63,862 nucleotides of DNA, taken from assembly GCA_030324005.1 (NCBI GenBank), contig JARDVH010000025.1, forward strand, positions 63,910,897 to 63,974,758, written 5' to 3'. The stretch comes from Negaprion brevirostris (taxonomy: Eukaryota). Position 1 is the stretch's first letter, and every line of letters begins with the position of its first letter. This document shows positions 12,101-24,100 of this stretch, piece after piece. The position numbers and the translations under genes were made by a program. The notes under the pieces are model-generated. The model saw nothing but the letters and a program-made list of their open reading frames with translations. It made no database searches and was not told the origin of the DNA.

Positions 12101-15100
12101 TGGACCATTGGATGGCCCCAATGTATCAGGGATTCTCATTTCCGCAAAGCCAATGCTATGGCCCTAATTCCTTCCTGAATTTCCAACATCAGCCACTCAG
12201 GGCCTGACCCATCCCTGAGGCTGTACAGCTGAACCAGGATTTGAATGCTTTGAACTACCACACTCCACTCTGGGCCCGTTACACTCCTGCTTTGGGTCTG
12301 CCAACTTCTGGTTCCCTCTTCCCCTGCTGTCTTCAGCACCACATTCCCAGGTCNNNNNNNNNNNNNNNNNNNNNNNNNNNNNNNNNNNNNNNNNNNNNNN
12401 NNNNNNNNNNNNNNNNNNNNNNNNNNNNNNNNNNNNNNNNNNNNNNNNNNNNNCACAGTCCCATGTTTTTTGACCTTTCTCGGCTCCTGCAACGAGCCCT
12501 GTTTAAAGACCACTCCAGGCCCACGCCACGCTTGCAAGCTGCCCAGCAGATGGTGATGGCTGCTTGGATGCATCCAGGCACAGCGCTGCAAGTTGCCCAG
12601 AAGAGGCAGTGCACAGCGATTAATTCTCAGGATATAGCGGTGAGGTAAGTGGGATGGGACTCCTGGGTGTGGTCGCCGGAGGAGCTGTTAGGTTATCAGG
12701 AGATAGGCTGGCAGTGAGGGGGGCAGAACAGGAGGTATCTGGTCCTTGAGAAAAGGGCACCTCTAGTTAGAAGGGGGCTTCCTTGAGAAATGCCCACCTG
12801 GGATTGAGGACATCACATTTTTGTTCTGCACATGGGCCATCTGATACCTGTCATCATAAAATCATGTCTTTATTGGAGCAGGGGGGATCCAGGAGGGAAT
12901 CCTGTCCGTGCCATTTCACACTCCTGTCCCTGGTGGGTTTTGAGACGAGGGGGGGAGGTGTGGTGGACGGTGGGTGGGTAAGGAATAGGGTGGATGGGGG
13001 TGGTGCAGTGTAAAATTCAGGCCAATGCATTTACACATTGAACGTAAAGAAGGCTTCAAATTATAATTAAGGAGCACCACCTCCTTTTCAAATACTGTGT
13101 AGAGAACACTTTAAGCAGAAGATCTGAGCTCATTGATGAATGGAGGCTGGTTTAATGACTGTGCATAGCTGTGTGTGTGTTCATTCAGCTGCTTTGCACT
13201 GTAAATTTAACCTCATTCCCCGTGACATCTGTTNNNNNNNNNNNNNNNNNNNNNNNNNNNNNNNNNNNNNNNNNNNNNNNNNNNNNNNNNNNNNNNNNNN
13301 NNNNNNNNNNNNNNNNNNNNNNNNNNNNNNNNNNNNNNNNNNNNNNNNNNNNNNNNNNNNNTTTTGTTTAAATAGGAAGCTGAAGAGGGGGGGAAAGTAT
13401 TGATGTCCCTCCTCCCCCACCTCTATCAATGGCCATTTTGTTGAATAATGAAAGAAGAGACAATGGAAGTATTTTAATCTTTAATTATTTATCCAATTTC
13501 CTACTTAAGTGTAGCTACTATTTTCTAATGGTATCAATTCACACACTTCGTATCATCAATAAATTTAGCAAACCACCTTTTACATGGCACAATATATGAT
13601 TTAGAATGCTTTCTTAGTGAATTGTTTTGCAGTTGTGACTAGTGTTATGTAGGCACATCAACTCGCAGTGCATAGCAAGATCCAAAAGGCAAGAATTGCT
13701 AACTACATCTTTACTGAGAATACAAATTTGCAATACTGAAAAACAGAAAACAGATCATGGAGATGACTGTGTGAGCATCTCAGCAATGAGAAACATGCTG
13801 CAAAATTTACATTGTAATGTCTTGGATCTATATTTCTGTCATTCCTGGAGGTAAGTCCAGTACATGTTTGAAAGATCACTTTGCAAAGAGGAACCTACCC
13901 AATATGCCATGGCCATCAACTATGAGGTGGCACCTTGCCACCAAGTGATTTCCAACCTGTAACAGTTTAGGCTTCAGTTGCACTGCCAATTTTACATCAT
14001 TATGTTGGAATCCTGAAGGCCCAGTAAAATACAATGTGGCTGACTGTGTTACTCAATTGTCAACATAACTGTAAATTAAGTTAAGAACTAACATTTATAT
14101 TCTAGTGCTCTTCTGGGCATTGTAAATTAATGGTTGCCCCATTGTAAATGAAAATCAGAATCAGATTTGTCCTTTGCAATCTACACTCCTGCATTTACAG
14201 ATATTTGGTATCCACACCCCTAGACTAAAGATGAAACTCTCAAATTGTTGCATTCATTCTGAAGCTTTATCCATCAGAATGGATAGCCTTATCTACAATC
14301 TTTCAACCTTTTTAAAAATTCTTTTAATTGTGATGTGAACTGTTGAAAGCACAGATGGTGCCCTAATTATATGTTTATATTCAGTGGCTGTGGATTTTCA
14401 TTTTGTGAATAGTCAGCAATGGAGAGATCTGGAAACAAGTGTAACACTCCATTAACCAGTACTTGCAATTTTGTATGTTTTCCAGTGTCANNNNNNNNNN
14501 NNNNNNNNNNNNNNNNNNNNNNNNNNNNNNNNNNNNNNNNNNNNNNNNNNNNNNNNNNNNNNNNNNNNNNNNNNNNNNNNNNNNNNNNNNNNNNNNNNNN
14601 NNNNNNNNNNNNNNNNNNNNNNNNNNNNNNNNNNNNNNNNNNNNNNNNNNNNNNNNNNNNNNNNNNNNNNNNNNNNNNNNNNNNNNGAAGGAGGCCATTT
14701 GGCCCATCAATTCTGCACCGACTCTCCAAAAGAGCATCTTGCATCAGTCCACCTCCCCACCCTATTCCCGTAACCCTGCTCATTTACCAAGGCTAATCCA
14801 TTTAACCTACAAATCTTTGGACACTTAAGGGGCACTTTAGCATGGTCAGTCCTCTTAACTGGTACATCTTTGGACTGTGGGAGGAAACCCATGCAGACAT
14901 GGGGAGACTGTGCAAATTCACAGTCACCCAATTTTGGAATTGAACCCAGATCATTGGCACTGTGAGGCAGCAATGCTAACCATCACGTTGCTGTTTAGAG
15001 ATTGTAGGTTAATTTAATAATGTTATAAAATATAATATTGTGTCCAAATAATTCTAGTGTATCAAAATGGGATTGTGGGCATTAACACTGTCGATGTACT

Positions 15101-18100
15101 TGTTATGGGAAAATTATGCACAGTTCCTTCGTGTAAGCTGATTGACTTGACTTCAGCAGTGAATGCTACGGTGTCCTTGGGCTAAGAAAAGGAAGTGAAA
15201 GCCAGTCCAGGTTAGCAATTACTGCTACCCATTGATCCGTGTAGAGAAAGTGCATTTGTGTAAATATGAGGTAATAGCAGGATTGAACTTGCTAATGTGC
15301 AGCTTCAAAACACATATGTGCACATGCTCATGCATGTACACAGGTATATACACATACACACACATATAAATGCACATACACACAAAAATGCACACAGATA
15401 AACATACTTGCACACATAGAACATAGAATACCACACACAAACAGGTCCTTCGGCCCACAAGTTGCGTCGATCGTATCCATACCTACCAGGCCATAGAACT
15501 ATCTGTAACTCTCAATCCCATTAAATCCCATGTACTCATCCAGAAGTCTTNNNNNNNNNNNNNNNNNNNNNNNNNNNNNNNNNNNNNNNNNNNNNNNNNN
15601 NNNNNNNNNNNNNNNNNNNNNNNNNNNNNNNNNNNNNNNNNNNNNNNNNNACATCCTCCACCTGCAAGGCCAATTTAAGAGTCAATATGTATGTACAAAA
15701 AAACCCATATGCAGAAAGTAAGAAGTTTATAGGTCCCTTAACAGTAACTACACTGTAGGATGGCGTATATGGGAATATGTAATGTGGGCTTGTAAGAAAG
15801 GTACTGCAATAATCATGGGTGATTTTAATCTATGTATAGATTGGATGGATCAGATTGGCAAAGATAGGATTGGAAATGAGTTAATAGTGTGTTGTCAGGA
15901 TAATTTTTTAGATCAGCTAGAAGCTAGACTTAGTAATGCTCAATAAGACAGAAATAATTAATTAGTGAAGGTGTCTCTAAGTAGTAGTGATCATAATTTG
16001 ATTGTATTTTGCACTCAGTTTGAGGGTGAGAAGAATGAATCTAAGACTAGTGTTTTAAATGTAAATAGTGGCAATTACAGGGATATGAAGACTGAGCTAG
16101 CTAAAGCGAACTGGCAAATTAGGGTAACGGGTTGACAGTAGAGGTGCAGTAGCAGACATTCAAGGAAATACTTCTTGATGGAATGTATCTTTGCTGAATG
16201 TCCCGAAAGAAAAACTCTACGAGACTAGTGCATCATCTATGGTGAATGAAGGATGTAAATGATCGTATCACACAGAAAGATCAAGCAGAGATTCTGTTAA
16301 GATTAGTAATTGGTTAACAGATCAGACAGAATTTAAAAATCAGCAAATAATAACTCAAGTCTAATGAGAGAAGAAATGTAGAATCTGGGAGAAAGCCAGC
16401 TAGAAATTGAAAAACAGATAACAACAGTTTCTACAAGTATTTTAAAAAGTAAGAATAATTAAAGACATCTCTGGAGAGTGAGAATGGGGAATTAATAATG
16501 GGAAATAAGAAAACAATGGAAACGCCCCACCACCACCGCCCCTCCCCCAGCAACTCCACCCCATGCTACTGATTTGTCCAGCCTGCTATCATGGACAGAG
16601 TTCATGATTTGTTGTCCATGATCAAAGTGCTTTAATATGCGAAGGTAGTGTGTTTTCTTACCTTCAAAATGAGTCATCTGCATTTAAATGATTCTAGCTT
16701 CTGTGATTTAAATTTCCAGGTTCCTGTTAGGAGTGACTTTTTGATATTTTGGTCCAGAAATGAACCCATCTCCCATTTCTGCCTCCCCCTGCAGCAATCT
16801 AACCCTAAGATATCTGTTATAAGCCATTTTCTAAATTCTGCAATACCAGGCAAGGCTACATATCTCAATGAAAATACAACACATGCAACTATCTTGGCAA
16901 CATTAACTCATTCATGATTTCTTGTTATTATGCTGCTAAGTGATCTTTGTCTGCTAAGCTAAAATAAAGATCATCCTAGAAGTGCAGCAGCAATGACACA
17001 AGTATGATAATAATAAAAGGAGATGGTGAAAACTGTTTGGGCCTTAATATGTATCATGCATTTCAGACTCTGTTTCTTCTCTTAATATACAGGTCGGAAA
17101 AGCACTAGAGAAAGTGGACACAATAATAGGAATGCTGATGGTTGGACTCAAGCAAAGAAACCTGCAGCAATGTGTCAACTTGATTCTGTTGTCTGACCAT
17201 GGTATGATACCAAAGTTGGAAACACAACTCCTCCAGACTTTCACATTGCTTCTCAGAATGACTGCATTTGCATCAGAAGATTTCAATAGTTTTCCTCAGA
17301 TTCTACTTGAAGAGTATTTATCGTAAAGTTGAGCGGTCCAAATAAAGACGTGGTTGCAAGGCTTTTTTATTACATCTCTTTGGTTGGTTACTATTCTTTT
17401 TTCTTTCCTCTTTCCAACCATATCTTGTCCATGTAGCCACAATCTCATTAATTGCCTTTACCATTTGCTGTAAGACGCTTCAGTGGTACTTTAACACATG
17501 CTTTCAAAACCCCAAATGAAACATACCCGCTACATTTCCTTTATATATGTTATTTTATTCTGCAAACTATTTCATTAAGTTAGTGACTAACAATGTGCCT
17601 TTTCAAAATAATTTGAAATGGATTATAATCCTAGGCCCTTTTTGAGACTATTCTGTATCAGGTGTACTTCTTGTGAGATTGCTCTCACTTAAAGTTTAGA
17701 AAGACAAGCTACACGGACACTTAAATGGGTCTGAAGACCTGATCCGATTCTTCCTGAATGAAAGGAACATGCCAGAAAATATTACCATTCTCCAGATAGC
17801 CTTTTTAACAAGTTTTAGCCAGGTTGTAACAACCCCGGGATATTATAGCAGTTTGAGTATCTCTCCTCATTAATCTACCTTCTATTGAAGTGTGCATGGT
17901 GATGGGTTCTCAAGTTTGGGTACAGAAGATTAAATGAACATTTACTTTAAACCTTCACATAGAAAGCTACAGATTTTAGTGAGATATTTCTGTCCATATT
18001 GTAGGAGAACTACCATAGCTATATCTTTATTGTGAGAGAAATTTCTGTCCCAATTATGGGGAAAACTATCATTGCTGTACCTTTACTGTGACACCAGACA

Positions 18101-21100
18101 GCTGTCGAATTTTGGCCACTTCTTTGAAAATGCAAATATTTGGTGGTGATAGGCTTTTTAGTAGCCCACAATGACTTTAATGAGCTTCTTAATAGAAGTT
18201 AATTAGTTCCAAGACCCACTTCCTCCACTGCCTTCGGGCAAATGGTGAAGGAAGGAGATGGAGCAGATCTTCATGCCGGATAATATTGTGGCCACTTTTT
18301 GTTTACCGCTTACCTCCGTTCCTGCGGCCAAGAAATTCTTATCTTTTGAATTAGCCTGACATCAAGCAAAAATATGATTAGATTTGGCGGTGATGGCTCT
18401 TACGATCAAATATTCTGCCATATTCAGTGTCACATTTGAAGCATAAAGGACAGTATCATTGTGCAGCTACTGGAAATCTGCTCTTGTCTGTCTAACTACC
18501 GTGGTATGAACCACTATATTCTAAAGAAAAATATGTAAAAGCAAAAGAAAAGTGAGGAGCCAAAAACCTCATTGAAGTTCATCCCTGTACTATCTTGCAC
18601 CATTCTTTTGCCTCTACTATCCAGCCTTTAAGAATTCTTCTGGAAATGTTTCTTTTCATTTTATTTTTAACTAATCCCAATTCATGTCTTCTGATCCATT
18701 GGTCTTGGTTTATTTTAAAGCAATATTTTTGTAACAGTCCGTTTGATTGGTTATCCATCCAGTAGCTTCACCATTACTCCCTGCAGCACTGATGCATTGT
18801 GGCAACAGTGTGCACCATCTACAAGGTCATAGAACTCATAGAAGATGCACTGCAGTAATTCAGTGAAGCTCAGCTGACAGCACCTTCCAAACCCTCTACC
18901 ACCTGGAAGGACAAAGGCAGCAGATGCATGGGCACACCACCATCTATGAGCTTCCTAACTGCACAGTAGGTGTATCTACACCAGATGGGTTGCAGTGATT
19001 CATTAAGGCAGCTCACCGCTGTTAGAAATGGACTAACAGTCATCTGTTTAAGTTCTAAATTGGATGTTACTAAATTCCATACNNNNNNNNNNNNNNNNNN
19101 NNNNNNNNNNNNNNNNNNNNNNNNNNNNNNNNNNNNNNNNNNNNNNNNNNNNNNNNNNNNNNNNNNNNNNNNNNNNNNNNNNCATCTGGCCCATTGAGCC
19201 TCCTCCGAGAACAATCCTACCTCGGTCCTATCAGTACAACTCCACATACTAACCCTGCTGATCCTTCTAACCTACGCATCCTGAGACATTAAGGGGCAAT
19301 TTAGTATGACCGATTCACCTAATCTGCACATCTTCAGACTGTGGGAGGAAACCGGAGCACCTGGAGGAAACCCATGCAGACATAGGGAGAATGTGCAAAC
19401 TCCTCACAGACAGTGATGCAAGCCAGGAATATGACCAGGTCTCTGAAGCTGTGAAGCAGAAGTGCTAACCACTGTGCCACGGTGCTGTCCTCATTTAATA
19501 GTTGTCACTCGGATATATAAAGAGGTTACAAAGAGGTGGCACTGGGTGTTGGGGAGAACTGTACGTGGAGTTGATTCAAAGAAATAAACGTAATTTTTGA
19601 AGAAGCAGAATTTGTGTTTACTGAACTGCAACTAAGAGGTTCAGACGACCGTTACCTTCACAAGGCTATTAGGGATGGGCAACAAATGCTGGACTTACCA
19701 ACAATACTTGCATCCTAAGAACAAACTAAAGACATTAAATAATTATGATTTATCCATTTGACAAAATGCTGGCTAGTATTTCATATGCTTAAAATTTTCC
19801 TTTCACTGCTGAAACTTCTCTGATATTTTAGTAGAGTTTTCCAGGGGATGTTTTATTATTTGCCTCTATACTCTTTTCAAAGCATTCATATCATTACTAC
19901 TTTGTAGCATGGTCTAATCTACAAAACCTTTCTTGTCAGTTCAAAACATGGCCTATTTTAATTGCTCGCACAAAAAGAATGCTAGCGTAGTTTATAGGCT
20001 TTTAGAGAAATGTTATATTCACTGAAAATCTGCTGACTTCCCTTAATTTTTGATAACTTGCAGGAATGGAAGAAGTTAACTGTGAAAAGGCTGCATATAT
20101 GACTGAATATTTAGACAATGTTGAGAACATCTACATGTGTTGTGGACCAGCTGCTCGGATAAGAGCTAAAGATGTCCCCAAGGACTATTACACATGTAGG
20201 TAATCAAGATGTTTAAGTATTTCATGTGTTATCAGAGCATTTAGTAAACAGGATTTATATTTTTCTTCTGTGAAACCAAGTAGGCTGTTTGAGAGGAAGT
20301 GAAATGTAAGTGTGAACTTTGTCCTTTTGCCTTCCCACAATCTATCTTTCCAAAAACACTATTGCAGCAGCATTATATCTGCAAAAAAAAAATTAATACA
20401 GCTAAAGGAAACAGAGCAGATGGTGAGAATATCTGAAGTGCATCCAATTACTTTTCTGACCTCTCCATCATGATTGGAGCGATCCTGAAGCATTAGTGGT
20501 ATTGAAGATGATTATCTAGGGCTGTGTATGGAGATTCTTAAACTTAAGAAGGTCAAACCTTGTATATTCAATTAATGAGGACAGCTTGCATAAATATGCC
20601 TTGTGCTCCCTTGAGTATAGACTATTGAAGGGAGATCTGAATCAGCTGCTTGTACTGTCATTAGGAGCTGATAGGTTGGATACATCAGGCAGGATTTTCC
20701 GACTGTTCCTGCTGGCAGGATTTTCGGGTCATGGTGACAGTAACTCTCTGCGGTGTGTTTTGCAGTGGTAAACAACGGGAAACCCTGTTGACAGTGGTGG
20801 GACCAGAAGATCCCACCACCGGAAAATGGCAGGATCCCTTTGCTGCCGCAGGGAGAATCCCAAGCTATTTCTTTTGGTAGGAGAATTGAGAACAAGGGGT
20901 TACTTCTAAAAATTAGAGCTAGGCATTTCAGGAGCAAGATCAGAAACCATTTGTTACAGGTTGACAGAAATCTGAATTCCTTCCTTGGGTGTATGTGAAC
21001 GGAAGTTAGCAGATGAAGGTTTCAAGATTGAGGTTAACATTATTATGTAGGTTATCAAGGAGACATGCAGTTCAGTTATAGGTCAGCCATGATCTAAACG

Positions 21101-24100
21101 TGAGGGGCTGAATGGCCTACTCCTGTACTTGTTTTCAATTATCACCTGCCAGGTGACTAGTATCTATAACACCATCATCATTCTGGTGCAGGGACTGTCC
21201 ATTTTTCATTCCCCTGCTTTGCTTCAAATTTTAACAGATCAGTGGGACCAAGTTAGTGGATATTGTTCATGCAATAAGATACTCAAATGAGGTCTTTCAT
21301 GTGAAATGGATACATGCCAGGCCGTGGGGTTATGGATTGTGGTTGAGGACAATTCAATGCTGCTGATGGCCCACAGTGCATCATGAATGCCCTTTTCTGA
21401 GCTGCTGGATCTGTTCAAAGTCATCACATTTAGTACGGTGGGAGTGCCATTTAACATGATGGAGGGTATCCTCAATATGAAGACCAAGCTATGTCTCCAG
21501 AAAGACTGTGCGGTGATTACTTTTTTCGGTACTGTTTTGGGTGGATGCATTTGTGATGAGCAGGTTGGTAACGGTTGTCAAGTATGTTTTTTCCTCTTGT
21601 TGGTTCCCTCACCACCTATGGAGGGCGGTGGGGGGCGTTGGTGTGGGGAGGATGTATTAAATTTCACCCTGGTGTCTATCAGCAAAAACTGTGAGAATAG
21701 TAAAATGTGAACTTGCCAAGTTGAATTTCCGCTCAGCTCTATTAGCATAAGAGATATTTAAGTGGTGATAAATGCTTAGTCATGGTGGGAGAAGGAAAGA
21801 AAAATGAAGAAATTGGCCCTTATCGTCTCCGAACTTTCTCTTGTCAGCGGTTGGAGCTTTGGCTGGAGTCGGAGACTTGAGTTTGTCTTTTTGAATGGGT
21901 AGGTGTGAGGTGCTGGAGGACATCAGAAGGGAAATAGTTTTCCTTTAACCAGCCATACCTATGTAACTAATCCTATTTTTTTTTCAGTTGATTCAGAAGG
22001 GCTTGTGAACAATCTCACTGTAAGTACCTTTCACAACTTTCTCAAGCATGATGAATTTCATATTTTTCTTGCATAACCACTGTTACAATTGAAAAATAAT
22101 AGTTTCTAAATGAGATCTTATGGCACAGTGTCTGAGCACAAAGCTCTGCATGGCTGCGGGGGATGCACTTATAATCAGTCTCTGTGGCCATGCAAATCCT
22201 TCTAACAAATACACAAGAGTGGGAGAGTCTCTTGGTCAGCAATACTTCATGTTGAGTTGTGCACTTCAAGCTACAGCCTCTGGCTTCAGGCTAATGCCCT
22301 GTTCCATAAATGATGTGGAGATGCTGGCGTTGGATGGGGCAGGCACAATAAGAAGTCTCCCTTTTGAAGGGGTAGTGCTCCAAAACCTCGTGCTATGAAA
22401 TAAACCTGTTTGACTTTAACCTGGTGTTGTGAGACTTCTTACTGTGCCTGTTCCAGCAACAGAAAACTGACAAAAGCATTTACTTTGTCTGCCTTGCACA
22501 TCTTAAGAAATGGAAAGTCTTGTCAGTCTAACTTCTAATACCGTAATTTTGAAATATAATGCAAGCAGTTAATATGTAAGTTTTTTGTTGCACTAGTGCA
22601 GATCACCGCAACAACACTTCAAGCCCTACCTGAAACATTTTTTGCCAAAGCGTTTCCACTTTGCCAGCAGTAGAAGAATTGAAGATGTTCATTTGTATAT
22701 GGACCAACAATGGCAGGCTAGCCTGTAAGTTGAAGAGACAAATTCTGCATGCTGGAAATAAGAAAAAAATAGAAAACACTGGAAACACTCATTAGATCAG
22801 GCAGCATCTATCAGGAGACCACAAGCTAACGTGACAGATGTTGAACTTTTCCGCAGAACTTGACCAAGGATTCTACATACAATTTCAAACTGTTGTCTCC
22901 ACAAATTCTTCCTAATTATCTGCCTGTATCCAAAGTTTTCTGTTTTTAATCTATAAGTTAGTTCTAGCTATTAACCTTGAATTATTTACAGATGGACAAT
23001 TGTAATTCTTTACAGATGGAAAATTCTCAGAGGCACAAAACAATTACAGAGTAATAGTTTAAGCTTCAAGAATAACTGCTACTAATGCAATCTAATTACA
23101 AGCAGACACCATGGTGACCCTTTCTTTAGTGAGAGTTTCTGTGTGATCACCAGGTTACCTTTAATAAGGGTTATGTGATGGGGTTACATTTTACAATCAC
23201 TTTTGGTTCATTTTACTATGTGCCTCAGTTAATCTAATGTCTCTTACAGAACTTGGAGAGAAGNNNNNNNNNNNNNTTCCTTTACTTCATCAATAAGTTT
23301 AAGGCAATGAATACCGTATTTACTTGTGCCAAAGTCAATCTCATAGTTGACCCTGTGATTTTTGGCTTAAAGCGAATGTAATTTTTTTGCATGTCTCATG
23401 TAAAATATGGCCCTAGTTGTCAGAGGTCAAATCGCGTTGTGATTTTTAATGAGTTGCTGGTTCATTAACCTAGAGACACACATGGGAACCTTTAAATTTT
23501 CCCTCTGCCAATTCTAATAGCAATCTTCCAGACAACCAACAAAACTAATGTGCACCACTTGATCTATTATGTTGCCTTTGAAAGAAAAACAAATACACAT
23601 CTCAGTTTAAACTGGAGAAAGAAGCAGCAGAATGGATTGGCAAAACAGTCATACTATCACCCATGGAGACATCTGTCTCTACACTCTCAGAGAAGTAAAG
23701 AAAGATGATAGTCAGAATTCTCTGGCCTTTCACACCCCACTACTGTGAGAATGGAGAACTTAGCACTCAGCGAGATGGGAGAATCCCAGCCGTGGGCAAG
23801 GTTGGAGATTCCGGCCTGATATTTCAGAATTCAGTGCCAGGCAGTGCACAAGATTCGTGAAATGGCACAACATAAAATTCCGTCCAAAAACACAAATTTC
23901 AGTGTCTTCTACCTGAACTAGATAATAAAGTCATTAAATTCCACCATTTTATCATCCAACATAGAGAGAGGAATGTGGGCTGCTTGGCCTGCATTGGAAA
24001 CACAGATGAATCATTGAGCTTTGACATGCTAGCAAATAAGACCATTACCAAGACTGGTGAAAGAAAAGTCCTTGTAAAGACAGCTGGTCCACGAGACTAT

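Noticed and set aside
17114-17326. ORF extending exon 12 into the intron (similar cases at 34191-34415 and 40097-40315)
   Set aside because: Homology ends at canonical GT donors; these are chance read-throughs.
21239-21710. Overlapping ORFs of about 100 aa with faint Harbinger transposase N-terminal resemblance
   Set aside because: No convincing motif; I cannot support a call.
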